Shown: positions 31,841 through 41,443, counted from the first letter of the stretch. The stretch: 64,000 bases of DNA from Oscillospiraceae bacterium (GCA_036654375.1 JAVVSD010000006.1:3084-67083); one strand, 5' to 3'. Numbers and translations are program-made. Notes: a model not told the origin generated them from the letters alone.

Positions 31841-32608
31841 ATGATGAAGTATAGTAAAAAGATTAAATTCATACTAAGCGGTATCATGTGCGTTGCTCTT
31901 ATGATTTCGCTTTGTTTGACAGCATTTGCAAAGACAACTTCGGAAATAACATTTGGCAAAAACTTTGTGTTCAATCCAGGCACCAGTGACTTGTTTTCAA
32001 ACTACAAGAACTTGCTTCCTGGAGAGAGCAGGTCACAGCAGATAAAGATTAATAATTCAAGCTCTGACCCCGTAAAGTTTTATCTCAAGTTTTCTTCTGC
32101 AAAGCAGGATAAAAACCTTACACAGGCGGAAAAAGACTTGGTTATGGATTTGATTAACAACAAGATTAAAATAACGGTTAAAGATTTAAACGGAAAAGAA
32201 GTTTATAGTGGAAATCTTGGTGGAACAAACAACTTGACGCAAACTACGGGTGGTAAAACCGCTGAAACATTCTTCTTAGGAGATCTTTCAGCAAACACAT
32301 CAAAAAGCTTCACAGCAGAGCTTGAGATGGACAGCTCGGTTGGCAATGAGTACCAAGGTCTTTCGGGCAATGTCACATGGATTTTCACAGCAGAACAGAA
32401 CGGCAAATCAGAGGATATAATAATTAATGACAGCAATCCTCCTCTTGCGGGCCTTCCAAATGGTGGAAATGGAACTATTGGCGGATCAGGATTAATAAAC
32501 ACAGGTGACCCAAACAGCATTGTGATGTGGAGTGTTATGCTTGTTGGAGCAGTTGGTACATTTGTATTTATTGAGCTTAAAAGAAGAAAATCCAAGAACG
32601 CAAGCTAA
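31841..32608 (+). CDS. Camelysin/TasA-like secreted protein with a C-terminal sorting-signal-like anchor
   Basis: Classical signal ending AFA|KTT. FSNYKNLLPGESRSQQIKINN resembles the F-x-NLKPGD core of TasA/CalY. The C-terminus is GLINTGD + IVMWSVMLVGAVGTFVFI + KRRKSKNAS. Confidence 0.6.
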   Translation: MMKYSKKIKFILSGIMCVALMISLCLTAFAKTTSEITFGKNFVFNPGTSDLFSNYKNLLPGESRSQQIKINNSSSDPVKFYLKFSSAKQDKNLTQAEKDLVMDLINNKIKITVKDLNGKEVYSGNLGGTNNLTQTTGGKTAETFFLGDLSANTSKSFTAELEMDSSVGNEYQGLSGNVTWIFTAEQNGKSEDIIINDSNPPLAGLPNGGNGTIGGSGLINTGDPNSIVMWSVMLVGAVGTFVFIELKRRKSKNAS

Positions 32609-32635
32609 AGTACTAAAATTTATTCTTAATAAAAA

Positions 32636-32690
32636 CATCCCTCTACTGTAGATGATTTAATTCTACAATAGAGGGATGCTTATTTTTATT
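32636..32690 (+). terminator. Intrinsic terminator ending the sipW locus
   Basis: Stem catccctctactgtaga / tctacaatagagggatg followed by cttattttt. Confidence 0.8.
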
Positions 32691-32825
32691 GTATGATTTT
32701 CAGGTTAAATGCAAGCACTGTTCCACAATACGAGGTGAATGTGTTACTGTTCATTTTTTGTTTTATGCAAAAGCAAGGGCGGGCTATTCGTTTATATCAA
32801 AAGGCTAACAAAAAATTAAAAATAT

Positions 32826-34466
32826 TTAATCTGTGTGATGTGCCTTTATAAAGGTTACATTTTCTCCAGATGGATAGAAGTAAAGCCCCTCAACATTTTT
32901 ACTGACGGCAACATAGCTGTCTTCAAAAATGGCAGGAAGAATAACTCCATTGTTAATCAGATAGCTTTCAGCGTCATTACAAAGGCTCAGCACTTTATCT
33001 TTGTCAGTAGCCTTCCTAATATTGGACAGCATAGTGTCATATGTGCTGGAAGAGTAGTTTGCAACATTTCCAAAGTTACCAGTTCCAAATCTGCTCAAAA
33101 AGTCAGATGCCAAAAATTCATTTGCGGTAATTGGAGCAAAAGCAACTTCATAGTTGCCAAGAGATACACGCTTGGCAAGGTCGGGCTTTTCCATTGTGAC
33201 AATAGAAACGGAGAACTCAATTCCAAACAACTTTTGCCACTGCTGAATCATCTTTTTAACTAAGCCCTCATGTTCCTTTGTGCAAAGCAAAGAAAGTGAA
33301 ACAGATGTGCTTTTTCCGCTTTGAAGGTATTTGTTCCAATATGCAGATGAAATTTGCTCGTTAAAATTTGTTGGAGTAATCTTGCTCGAATTTGCACGAT
33401 ATGATGACCCAGGAACAAGAACACAGGACGAAGGAACAATGCCTGTGGCAACATCGCCAATGTCCGAGCCAAAAATTGAGCTGTCCGTTGCGTGGCCAAG
33501 TGCAAGTCTTAAATTGGTATCGCTGAGCGTTGTACTTGTGTTGTTAAAGCAAAGCGACCACACAGTGTTCTTATATTTTGTGGTGCTAACTTGTATTCCG
33601 GCCGGCAAAGAGGAATTGTCAGACTTTGAAATCGGTGCAGCATCATAGCTTTCTGCTGTTAGCTTAGTTATATAGCTTGCAGGGTCAGTATTAACAAAAA
33701 GTCTAACGCTTGTTGGCAACACTTTATTTTCACCTGAATAGTCCTCATTTGCATTGAGAAAAAGCGTTGAGTCCTTTTCCCAATTGCTGAGGTAAAAAGG
33801 TCCATTGCAGAGAATTAGCAAAGAGGAAAGACCGTATCTACCGGATGTCTTGCTAAAGAACTCTTCATTGCAGGGCATTGCGACAGGTGTCGCAAGGACA
33901 CTTAAAAAGTTAATAGAGGCGTAATCCAGCTTGATTTCAAGGGTGTTATCGTCTAATGCCATTATTCCAAGCTTGTCCGAAGAGAGTTTTCCCAAATTGA
34001 CAGCTTGCGCATTTTTAATTGGAAAAAGGCTATCTGCATTCGGAGCCTGTGTCTGTGGGTCAATAGCTCGTTTTATTCCAAATACAAAGTCGTGTGCAGT
34101 AACTTTTGTATCAAAACTTTTTTCATAATTTTTACCGAGTAAGTCCGCCAGCTTCTTTTCTGGCAAAAACCATTTTGCATCAGAACGCAATTTAAAGGTG
34201 TAGGTGAGAGAGTCGGCAGAAATTTTCCAGCTTTTTGCAACGCCGGGAATAATTTTACCGCCTTCGCCAATCCTTACAAGACCTTCAAAACAGTTGTTGA
34301 TTAAAATGTTTGCAGAGTTGCCAACAGCAATCTGCGGGTCAAGGCAAACAGGGTCACTGTCCAGAGGGTAACGGATAACATCCGAAGAGATTTTTCCTTT
34401 ACAGGAACAAAGCAAAGAACAAATAGTTGCAATACATAGGGCAAGAGCGATAATCCTCTTTTTCAA
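32826..34466 (-). CDS. ABC transporter substrate-binding lipoprotein, family 5 (peptide/nickel type)
   Basis: Lipobox LLCSC after MKKRIIALALCIATI (TTG 34466, 10 nt after GGAGG; the ORF track starts at 34475). About 545 aa with OppA/DppA-like features. Confidence 0.7.
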   Translation of the reverse strand: MKKRIIALALCIATICSLLCSCKGKISSDVIRYPLDSDPVCLDPQIAVGNSANILINNCFEGLVRIGEGGKIIPGVAKSWKISADSLTYTFKLRSDAKWFLPEKKLADLLGKNYEKSFDTKVTAHDFVFGIKRAIDPQTQAPNADSLFPIKNAQAVNLGKLSSDKLGIMALDDNTLEIKLDYASINFLSVLATPVAMPCNEEFFSKTSGRYGLSSLLILCNGPFYLSNWEKDSTLFLNANEDYSGENKVLPTSVRLFVNTDPASYITKLTAESYDAAPISKSDNSSLPAGIQVSTTKYKNTVWSLCFNNTSTTLSDTNLRLALGHATDSSIFGSDIGDVATGIVPSSCVLVPGSSYRANSSKITPTNFNEQISSAYWNKYLQSGKSTSVSLSLLCTKEHEGLVKKMIQQWQKLFGIEFSVSIVTMEKPDLAKRVSLGNYEVAFAPITANEFLASDFLSRFGTGNFGNVANYSSSTYDTMLSNIRKATDKDKVLSLCNDAESYLINNGVILPAIFEDSYVAVSKNVEGLYFYPSGENVTFIKAHHTD

Positions 34467-34632
34467 AAAATCCACACCTCCAACAAAAATCGACCTAAAA
34501 CTGTCTATATTATATCACACCTTTTATGGTTTTAAATATAGATAATTTGAAAATTTTTAACGCTTAGCTATAGAATATTACAACCAAATTATGTTATACT
34601 TTTAAATATATAACCGAATGGAGAATTTTTAA

Positions 34633-35955
34633 ATGAATTACATATTACTGGCACTTGTAGCCATCAGTGTTATTTTAAATATAATTGCAATATTTATGCT
34701 TGTTTTGGCAAAAAAGTCGGACTCGGCACAGCAGATACAAGCATTAAAGCAAAGCCTTGATGAACATTCACGCCATATGGGAGATGAATTTCAACGCTCA
34801 AGGTTGGATACGGTTGCATATCAAAAGGACATGAGAGAAGAAACCTCAAAAAGCCTTAACGAAATGTCACAGAAGCTTTCAGAAATGACAAAGGCAAACT
34901 ATGAGCAACAGATAAACCTTGTAGAAAAAATCTCTCGCTCACTTTCTGATATAAGAGAAATGAATATTGAGCAAAATGAAAAGCAAAGTAAGACTGTTGA
35001 GCAAGCCATTTCAAAAATGCAGGACAGCAACGAGAAAAAGCTTGATGAGATGAGGCAAACTGTTGATGAAAAGCTGACGGCAACGCTTACAACAAGGCTT
35101 GAAAGCTCGTTTAAAACAGTTTCACAACAGCTTGAAAATGTTTATAAATCACTTGGGGAGATGAAAGAACTTTCCACAGGTGTAACAGATAATGTCACAG
35201 CTCTTAATCGAGTGCTTACAAATGTTAAGGCAAGAGGCACATGGGCTGAAATTCAGCTTGAGGGTATACTTGACCAGACTATACCGTCAATGTATGAAAA
35301 GAATGTGGCAACAAGAGAAGGCTCACAAAAGCGTGTTGAATTTGCGGTAAAAATTCCGTCAAGCGACGATGCAACAAAAATCACATATCTTCCTATTGAC
35401 TCAAAATTTCCAATGGAGGACTATGTAAGGCTTTGTGATGCGGCAGACAGAGCAGATGCTGACGCACTTGCAAAGGCAAGAAAAGCACTTGAAGACAGAA
35501 TAAAGGCAGAGGCAAAGTCCGTTGCGGAATATATTAACGAGCCAGCCACAACACCGTTTGCAATAATGTACCTTGCAACAGAAGGGCTTTATGCGGAAAT
35601 AGCATCGTCAAGAACTGGGCTGCCAGAAAGGCTTCAAAGTGAATTTAATGTTATGATAGCTGGGCCAACAACAATAACGGCATTGCTTAATTCGCTTTCA
35701 ATGGGATTTAGGTCAATTGCAATAAATGAAAAGGCAAACGAAGTAAGACAGCTTCTCGCTGTTGCAAAAGCGCAGTACGAAACCTTTGGAGTTGTGCTTG
35801 AAAAGGCAAGAAGAAAGATTGACGAAGCTGGAAAAACTCTGGACGAGGCACAGCACAGGAACACGATTATCAGAAAGAAGCTTCGTAATGTTGAAGATAT
35901 TGGCGAAGCACAGGCAAATATTATGCTTGAGTCTGAGTCGGACGCCGAGGAATAA
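34633..35955 (+). CDS. rmuC: DNA recombination protein RmuC
   Basis: N-terminal TM helix, a long coiled-coil, and a C-terminal nuclease-like region with VEFAVKIPS...YLPIDSKFP and MYLATEGLY, typical of RmuC. Confidence 0.8.
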   Translation: MNYILLALVAISVILNIIAIFMLVLAKKSDSAQQIQALKQSLDEHSRHMGDEFQRSRLDTVAYQKDMREETSKSLNEMSQKLSEMTKANYEQQINLVEKISRSLSDIREMNIEQNEKQSKTVEQAISKMQDSNEKKLDEMRQTVDEKLTATLTTRLESSFKTVSQQLENVYKSLGEMKELSTGVTDNVTALNRVLTNVKARGTWAEIQLEGILDQTIPSMYEKNVATREGSQKRVEFAVKIPSSDDATKITYLPIDSKFPMEDYVRLCDAADRADADALAKARKALEDRIKAEAKSVAEYINEPATTPFAIMYLATEGLYAEIASSRTGLPERLQSEFNVMIAGPTTITALLNSLSMGFRSIAINEKANEVRQLLAVAKAQYETFGVVLEKARRKIDEAGKTLDEAQHRNTIIRKKLRNVEDIGEAQANIMLESESDAEE

Positions 35956-36066
35956 CGATTGAAATACATACAAAAAAGTGTATAATAACAATAGGCATTT
36001 TCAGGGGTGATTATTGTGGTAACTGATCTGCAGGAAGCGAAACAAAAAAGAGAGGCATGGAACACG

Positions 36067-36903
36067 ATGCTGTCAAAGTATGAACGGCAATTTATCTGGG
36101 ACGATAGTGTTCCCGATTTTGACGATAATATCGAACAGAAAAAGCCTTCAATAACCTTTTTTAAAGCAAAAAACGCGAGTCCAAAGCATGGCTGCGTTTT
36201 GATTATTCCAGGCGGATGTTATCTTTATAAGTCAACGAACGAGAGCGTAAATGTTGCACAAAAGATTAATTCAGCAGGAATAGATGCCGCGATTCTTGAC
36301 TATAGAACAGTGCCATATGAACGCAGCGTGATTTTAAAAGACGCAAAAAGAGCAATGAGATATTTAAGATATAATTCCAAATCCATGGGATTTTGCGAGG
36401 ATAAAATAGCAATAATGGGATTTTCGGCTGGCGGTAATCTTGCAATGCTTTGTGCCATTAGTGCAGACAGCGGAAACAAGGATTCAGATGATGAGGTCGA
36501 GCGTGTTTCAAGTACTCCGAACGCACTTTTGCTTTGCTATCCAGCTGTTAATCTTGTGGACAGGTATCAAGAGAAGGACTGCTTTAGCCTTTTATCATAT
36601 TTTGATATTGTAATAGATAAGGAGCCTAAGCTTTTTCCGCCAACATTTATCTGGAACTCAATGGAAGACGAAATCATAAATTATCGTGCATCAATGGAGC
36701 TTGCAACAAGGCTTAATAAAATGAATGTTCCTGTTGAACTGCACCTCTTTCCATATGGAGGACACGGTCAAAGTCTTGCATTTGACAAAAAAGGCGAGGT
36801 AAACCCTGGCGACAACAAGCTCACATCTTGCTGGAGCGACCTTTGTATCAGATGGCTTAGTTTTTACGGTTTTAACTTTAAGGAGGAACAGTATGAAATA
36901 TAA
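36067..36903 (+). CDS. Alpha/beta hydrolase (esterase/lipase fold-3 type)
   Basis: Oxyanion-hole IPGGCY, nucleophile elbow GFSAGGNLA, late HLFPYGGHG. The start is uncertain (GTG 36007 or ATG 36067). Confidence 0.7.
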   Translation: MLSKYERQFIWDDSVPDFDDNIEQKKPSITFFKAKNASPKHGCVLIIPGGCYLYKSTNESVNVAQKINSAGIDAAILDYRTVPYERSVILKDAKRAMRYLRYNSKSMGFCEDKIAIMGFSAGGNLAMLCAISADSGNKDSDDEVERVSSTPNALLLCYPAVNLVDRYQEKDCFSLLSYFDIVIDKEPKLFPPTFIWNSMEDEIINYRASMELATRLNKMNVPVELHLFPYGGHGQSLAFDKKGEVNPGDNKLTSCWSDLCIRWLSFYGFNFKEEQYEI

Positions 36904-39358
36904 CAAATGGATATCAAGGCTCACCATAAGAGAAAGGGCACAGATGCTAACTGGCAAGGATTTTTGGCATCTCAATGGGATAAAGAGTCTTGGACTCCCT
37001 TCAATAATGCTCACAGATGGGCCTCATGGGCTGCGCAAGAGCAAAAAAGATGGAAACCACGGCTCGTATACAGTGAAGTCAACCTGCTTCCCAACAGCCT
37101 CTGCACTTGCCTGTACATGGGACAAGGGGCTTATGAGAGAAATCGGAAATGCACTCGGTGAGGAGTGTGTTCAGGAAAAGGTGTCGATTCTTCTGGGGCC
37201 TGGAATTAATATTAAAAGGTCACCGCTTTGCGGAAGGAACTTTGAGTATTTTTCAGAAGACCCAGTGGTTGCAGGCGAGCTTGGAGCAGAGTTTATAAAC
37301 GGAGTCCAGGAAAAAAATGTTGGTGCGTGTATTAAGCACTTTGCAGCAAACAGCACAGAAACACGCCGCTTCAAATGCAATGCAATAGTTGACGAAAGAG
37401 CGTTGAGGGAGATTTATCTTCGTGGCTTTGAAATAGCAGTAAAGAAATCACAGCCATGGGCAGTTATGAGTGCATATAATAAGATTAACGGAATATATTG
37501 CACAGAGAACGATTACCTGCAAAATCAGATACTCAGGAAAGAATGGGGATTTGGAGGAGCAGTTATAAGCGACTGGATGGCAACAGACGACAGGGTAAAG
37601 GCACTCAATGCAGGGCTTGACATCGAAATGCCATCAACAGGCTACTATAATGTAAACAAAATTGCACAGGCATACAGGGACAATGTTGTCACACCTGAAA
37701 CGCTCAATACAAGCGTTAATAGGGTTCTTGATATAATCAACAAATCAGAGCATAACCTTATTCAGTCAAATCACTTTGTTTATAATCAGCAACAACACCA
37801 TATACTTGCAGAAAAAGCAGCAGAAAAATCAATAGTACTGCTTAAAAATGAGGATGGAATTCTTCCTCTTGTGAGCGGACAAAAGGTTGCAATTATCGGC
37901 AGCCTTGCAAAAGAGCCGATTTATCAAGGATATGGCAGCTCAAAAATCAATGCCTTTAAAGTGGAAAAGCCATACGACCATCTGCAAGCTGCTTTCCCAG
38001 ATGCTGTTTTTGCTAAGGGATATGAAAAGAATGCAAATGACCCTGATTTTGTACTCTTAGAGCAGGCAAAAAGAGCGGCGTCGTCTTGCGATGTTGTTGT
38101 TATCTTTGTTGGAGCTTGCGACAGTGATGTATGTGAGGGCTTTGACAGAGTGGATATGCGACTTCCAAAAGCACAGACAGAGGTTATAAAGACGGTTTGC
38201 AATGTCAATCGAAATGTTATCGTTGTTGCCACAGGTGGCTCATGCGTTGAAATGCCATGGCACAACAGCGTAAAGGCAATCATTTATACATACCTGCTTG
38301 GAGAAGGCGGAGGAAAAGCCGTTTCAAATATTCTATGTGGCAAGGCATCTCCAAGTGGAAAGCTTGCAGAAAGCTTCCCTTTCTCAATAAATGACACCCC
38401 GGCAAAGGATTATTATGCTCCAGCTGATGACAATCTTCTTGAATACAGAGAGAGCATACTTGTTGGATACAGATATTATGAAAAGGCAAAGGTTCCAGTC
38501 TTATTCCCATTTGGACATGGACTTTCATACACAAAGTTCAACTACACAGGAATGGATGTCAGCGCAGGAAGTATCACAGAAAACGACACAATTGATATCT
38601 CCGTTGAAGTTGAAAATGCAGGAAACTATGATGGAGAAGAGATTGTTCAACTCTATGTTTCAAAAGAAGACACAAGAGTATTTAGACCAGAAAAAGAACT
38701 AAAGGCGTTCGAGCGTGTTGAGTTAAAAGCAGGGGAAAAGAAAAATGTTGAGTTCGCCCTTGACCGCAAGGCATTTGAATATTTCAGCTCAAGATATGGC
38801 GAATGGTGTCTTGAATCAGGAAAGTACACCATCCTTGTTGGCTCGTCAAGTGTCGACTTGCGTTTGGCAGTGGAAATTGATGTGAACTCATCTAATAAAC
38901 TTGTAACAGAAATAACATATTCCGAGTGTTCGCCTTCATATTTTACGGCAAGTGTCAAGCAGGCAACAGATGGCGAGTTTGAAGCACTCCTCGGGTGCAA
39001 GATTGAGGAATTCAGACCGGAAATGGAAACAAGTAGGCTGACAAAGGACTGCACTCTTGCAGACGCAATGTGTACACCAGTTGGAGTAAGCATAGAAAAA
39101 ATGGTAAGGTCAAATATTGAAAGGCTTCTTGAAGGTGATGAGATAAGCCAAAAGATGGCATATGACTCCATCATGTACAACTCTCCGATAAAGAGATTTA
39201 CAGCGGTGAGCAGTGGAATGATAAGCGAAGAGATGATAGATGGATTTGTTCATTTGCTTAACAGTGGGGACAAAAAGCAAAGTTCAGCAATTATTCTTAA
39301 AGGTATAAGTGGCACAATAAAGAGCTTAATACCAAAGATGCTTGAAGGTATGCAATAA
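36893..39358 (+). CDS. Glycoside hydrolase family 3 beta-glucosidase/xylosidase-like
   Basis: 821 aa with TDGPHGLR, KHFAANS, the nucleophile region GAVISDWMA, and a fibronectin-like C-terminal domain. Overlaps the esterase gene by 11 nt. Confidence 0.85.
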   Translation: MKYNKWISRLTIRERAQMLTGKDFWHLNGIKSLGLPSIMLTDGPHGLRKSKKDGNHGSYTVKSTCFPTASALACTWDKGLMREIGNALGEECVQEKVSILLGPGINIKRSPLCGRNFEYFSEDPVVAGELGAEFINGVQEKNVGACIKHFAANSTETRRFKCNAIVDERALREIYLRGFEIAVKKSQPWAVMSAYNKINGIYCTENDYLQNQILRKEWGFGGAVISDWMATDDRVKALNAGLDIEMPSTGYYNVNKIAQAYRDNVVTPETLNTSVNRVLDIINKSEHNLIQSNHFVYNQQQHHILAEKAAEKSIVLLKNEDGILPLVSGQKVAIIGSLAKEPIYQGYGSSKINAFKVEKPYDHLQAAFPDAVFAKGYEKNANDPDFVLLEQAKRAASSCDVVVIFVGACDSDVCEGFDRVDMRLPKAQTEVIKTVCNVNRNVIVVATGGSCVEMPWHNSVKAIIYTYLLGEGGGKAVSNILCGKASPSGKLAESFPFSINDTPAKDYYAPADDNLLEYRESILVGYRYYEKAKVPVLFPFGHGLSYTKFNYTGMDVSAGSITENDTIDISVEVENAGNYDGEEIVQLYVSKEDTRVFRPEKELKAFERVELKAGEKKNVEFALDRKAFEYFSSRYGEWCLESGKYTILVGSSSVDLRLAVEIDVNSSNKLVTEITYSECSPSYFTASVKQATDGEFEALLGCKIEEFRPEMETSRLTKDCTLADAMCTPVGVSIEKMVRSNIERLLEGDEISQKMAYDSIMYNSPIKRFTAVSSGMISEEMIDGFVHLLNSGDKKQSSAIILKGISGTIKSLIPKMLEGMQ

Positions 39359-39392
39359 TATTTAGTTCCAAAATAGCGGTATTTATAATAAT

Positions 39393-39438
39393 AAAAAAAT
39401 CAAGAGCGAAAAGATTAATTCTCGCTCTTGATTTTTTT
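39393..39438 (+). terminator. Terminator after the GH3 gene (A-run/T-run flanked, potentially bidirectional)
   Basis: aaaaaaa tcaagagcga ...tcgctcttga ttttttt. Confidence 0.8.
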
Positions 39439-39460
39439 GAATATAAAATGGTCAAATATA

Positions 39461-39488
39461 AAAACAGCACCGTCAAAAAACGGTGCTG
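39461..39488 (-). terminator. Terminator of the DUF362-type gene
   Basis: On the minus strand, cagcaccgt tttttg acggtgctg is followed by tttttatattt. Confidence 0.7.
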
Positions 39489-39501
39489 AAATTGATTATA
39501 A

Positions 39502-41193
39502 TCATCTGTAGTAGTCAATTGTTTTTACAATTCCGCCAACTGAATCTAAAAGGTTGAGCTGGTCAAGCAGTGCTTGTTTCTTTTCCTTGCCCGCGAGCGT
39601 TGGAAGAGGCCAAGGAATGTAATCCTTTTGCATATCTTCGTCCGAAAGAGGAGGAATACCATAAATTTTATCCTCATGAGCTCTTGGACAGTCAACATAG
39701 CGTCCTTTGAGAATCCATGCTGCCTTGTGCCTTACAGTTCCGAGCATCTCAGGAACAGCGATAGAAACAAGAGATGTGTTGCGAAATGGATTGAGCTGAG
39801 GAGTAACTATGCCGCAGGCGTTTGATGTTGCAGAAAGACACTCAGCAGGGTCACAGCAGCCTTTGATTTTATATGTTGCGATGTCAATCATATCTTGACC
39901 TGTGCATTTGCCCATTGCCATCTTTTTCTGTGGAAGATTGATGATATCTTGCTTTGTGTATGGCTTTCCGTTGCGGTCAAACCAATATTTTTCACCGTCA
40001 ATCACAACACCGCTACCAATGATAATTGCAACAGCCATATCATATTTTGGGCTTGGAGCGTAGTTGTTACAGTCAAACCCCATACATATTGATGAAAGGC
40101 AACCACCTGTGCAAGCCTGCTCAAGCTTAAGTGCAATTTCAGGAGTTACAGAGTCTTTATCCGTAATTTTTGGAGCATCGTTTAGCGTATGCCCTGCAAG
40201 AGCCAAAACATTTGGGAACTTATTGTGAAACTCGTCGACCATCACTGATGCAATAGCTGGTCTGAAAGGGGTTACTCTTGGAGTTCCAACAATTTCAACA
40301 TCAGGGTCGTTAAATCCCCTGGCATCAGCCTCGCAGATAAGCTTGTTCTTTGCGGGGTCAAAGCCCATCATATAAGTGGTAAGACGGTCTGCTTCAACGC
40401 TCTGGTTGGAAGCAACAATCATGCCAACTTCAACAGGGTCAACAGGAGCGGGTGTATTACCTTCACCACCAATGATACCGTCAATAACGGTAAGGTTGGG
40501 CTTAAAAAGATAAAGAAGGTCTGTAAGCTTCTTGTTGATAAGGTATGTATGATTACGCTCACGCAAAAAGTATGGGATTGTACCCATCGCATTTTTAAAT
40601 CCAAGGGTAACGCCTGTGTAGAGATTTGTTTTCATTTTTGGCACAGATATGTAGTAAGAATCGCCTCGGACAACTTCGTCAAGAATTTCAGGCAAAAAGA
40701 CTTCCTTCATTACCTCTGCTTTTGGAAGCATATAACGAAGAACAGGTTGTCTTTCCAACGCTATAAGCTCGGTTTTATAGTACTTTGCAATTTTATCATA
40801 TCCCGCAATTTTAAAGCTTGCGGCAGCAGGAAATGGCTTGCCTGAAGATTCAATAATTGCAATGTTATATGTATATTGCTTAATATAAGCGACAACGGCT
40901 TCAAAAACTCTTGGGTCAGTGGTTTCAGGATAATCCTTTTCCTTGTAACCAGCGTTGTGATAGACATAAACAAGATTGGGCTTAATTAAAACTCGCCTGT
41001 TACCCTTAAGCTCATCTGTAAAATGAGTGCGTGAATTAAGCTCATCAAGTGCGGAAAAAACAGTTTCGCGAATTGCCTTAATGTCCGCTCTATTGAAATA
41101 ATCATTTGTACCATAATAGCTTGGAAGAGCAACAAAATCGTTCAGATAATTCATCTTTGGTGCATCTTTTAAAATGACAAAGCTCTTAGACAC
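39502..41193 (-). CDS. DUF362-domain protein with a Cys-rich C-terminal extension
   Basis: GTG 41193 follows GGAGGG; the ORF-track start at 41352 gives an implausible N-terminal extension. The RVLIKPNLV motif and surrounding region resemble DUF362. The C-terminal 200 aa contain CTGGCLSSICMGFDC, GKCTG, KGCCDPAEC and VDCP. Confidence 0.6.
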   Translation of the reverse strand: MSKSFVILKDAPKMNYLNDFVALPSYYGTNDYFNRADIKAIRETVFSALDELNSRTHFTDELKGNRRVLIKPNLVYVYHNAGYKEKDYPETTDPRVFEAVVAYIKQYTYNIAIIESSGKPFPAAASFKIAGYDKIAKYYKTELIALERQPVLRYMLPKAEVMKEVFLPEILDEVVRGDSYYISVPKMKTNLYTGVTLGFKNAMGTIPYFLRERNHTYLINKKLTDLLYLFKPNLTVIDGIIGGEGNTPAPVDPVEVGMIVASNQSVEADRLTTYMMGFDPAKNKLICEADARGFNDPDVEIVGTPRVTPFRPAIASVMVDEFHNKFPNVLALAGHTLNDAPKITDKDSVTPEIALKLEQACTGGCLSSICMGFDCNNYAPSPKYDMAVAIIIGSGVVIDGEKYWFDRNGKPYTKQDIINLPQKKMAMGKCTGQDMIDIATYKIKGCCDPAECLSATSNACGIVTPQLNPFRNTSLVSIAVPEMLGTVRHKAAWILKGRYVDCPRAHEDKIYGIPPLSDEDMQKDYIPWPLPTLAGKEKKQALLDQLNLLDSVGGIVKTIDYYR

Positions 41194-41414
41194 AAAAATC
41201 CCTCCATGTATAAAAATAATAAAAAAATATATAACTATCTGTAAAATTCTAACATACACAATAGTGCGAATGCAAGTGGATTGACAAGTGTAAACAAAAA
41301 ATTGTATGTATGAATTATAAAGATGTAAAAGTTTAGTGTGAATTAACAACAAAAGCTCATTAAAATTCCTTTTGTTAAGGGGATTAAAGGATTAACTGAT
41401 TATTAAAGTTTAAA

Positions 41415-41443
41415 TTGACATATGCAAATATTGTTGTTATAAT
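41415..41443 (+). promoter_or_regulatory. Near-consensus sigma-A promoter with extended -10
   Basis: TTGACA, 17 nt, then TGtTATAAT. Confidence 0.7.

Noticed and set aside
41194..41352. A 53-codon N-terminal extension of the DUF362 ORF, as given in the ORF track.
   Set aside because: The extension is AT-rich and hydrophobic nonsense lying in promoter-like sequence. GGAGGG followed by GTG at 41193 gives a sensible start.
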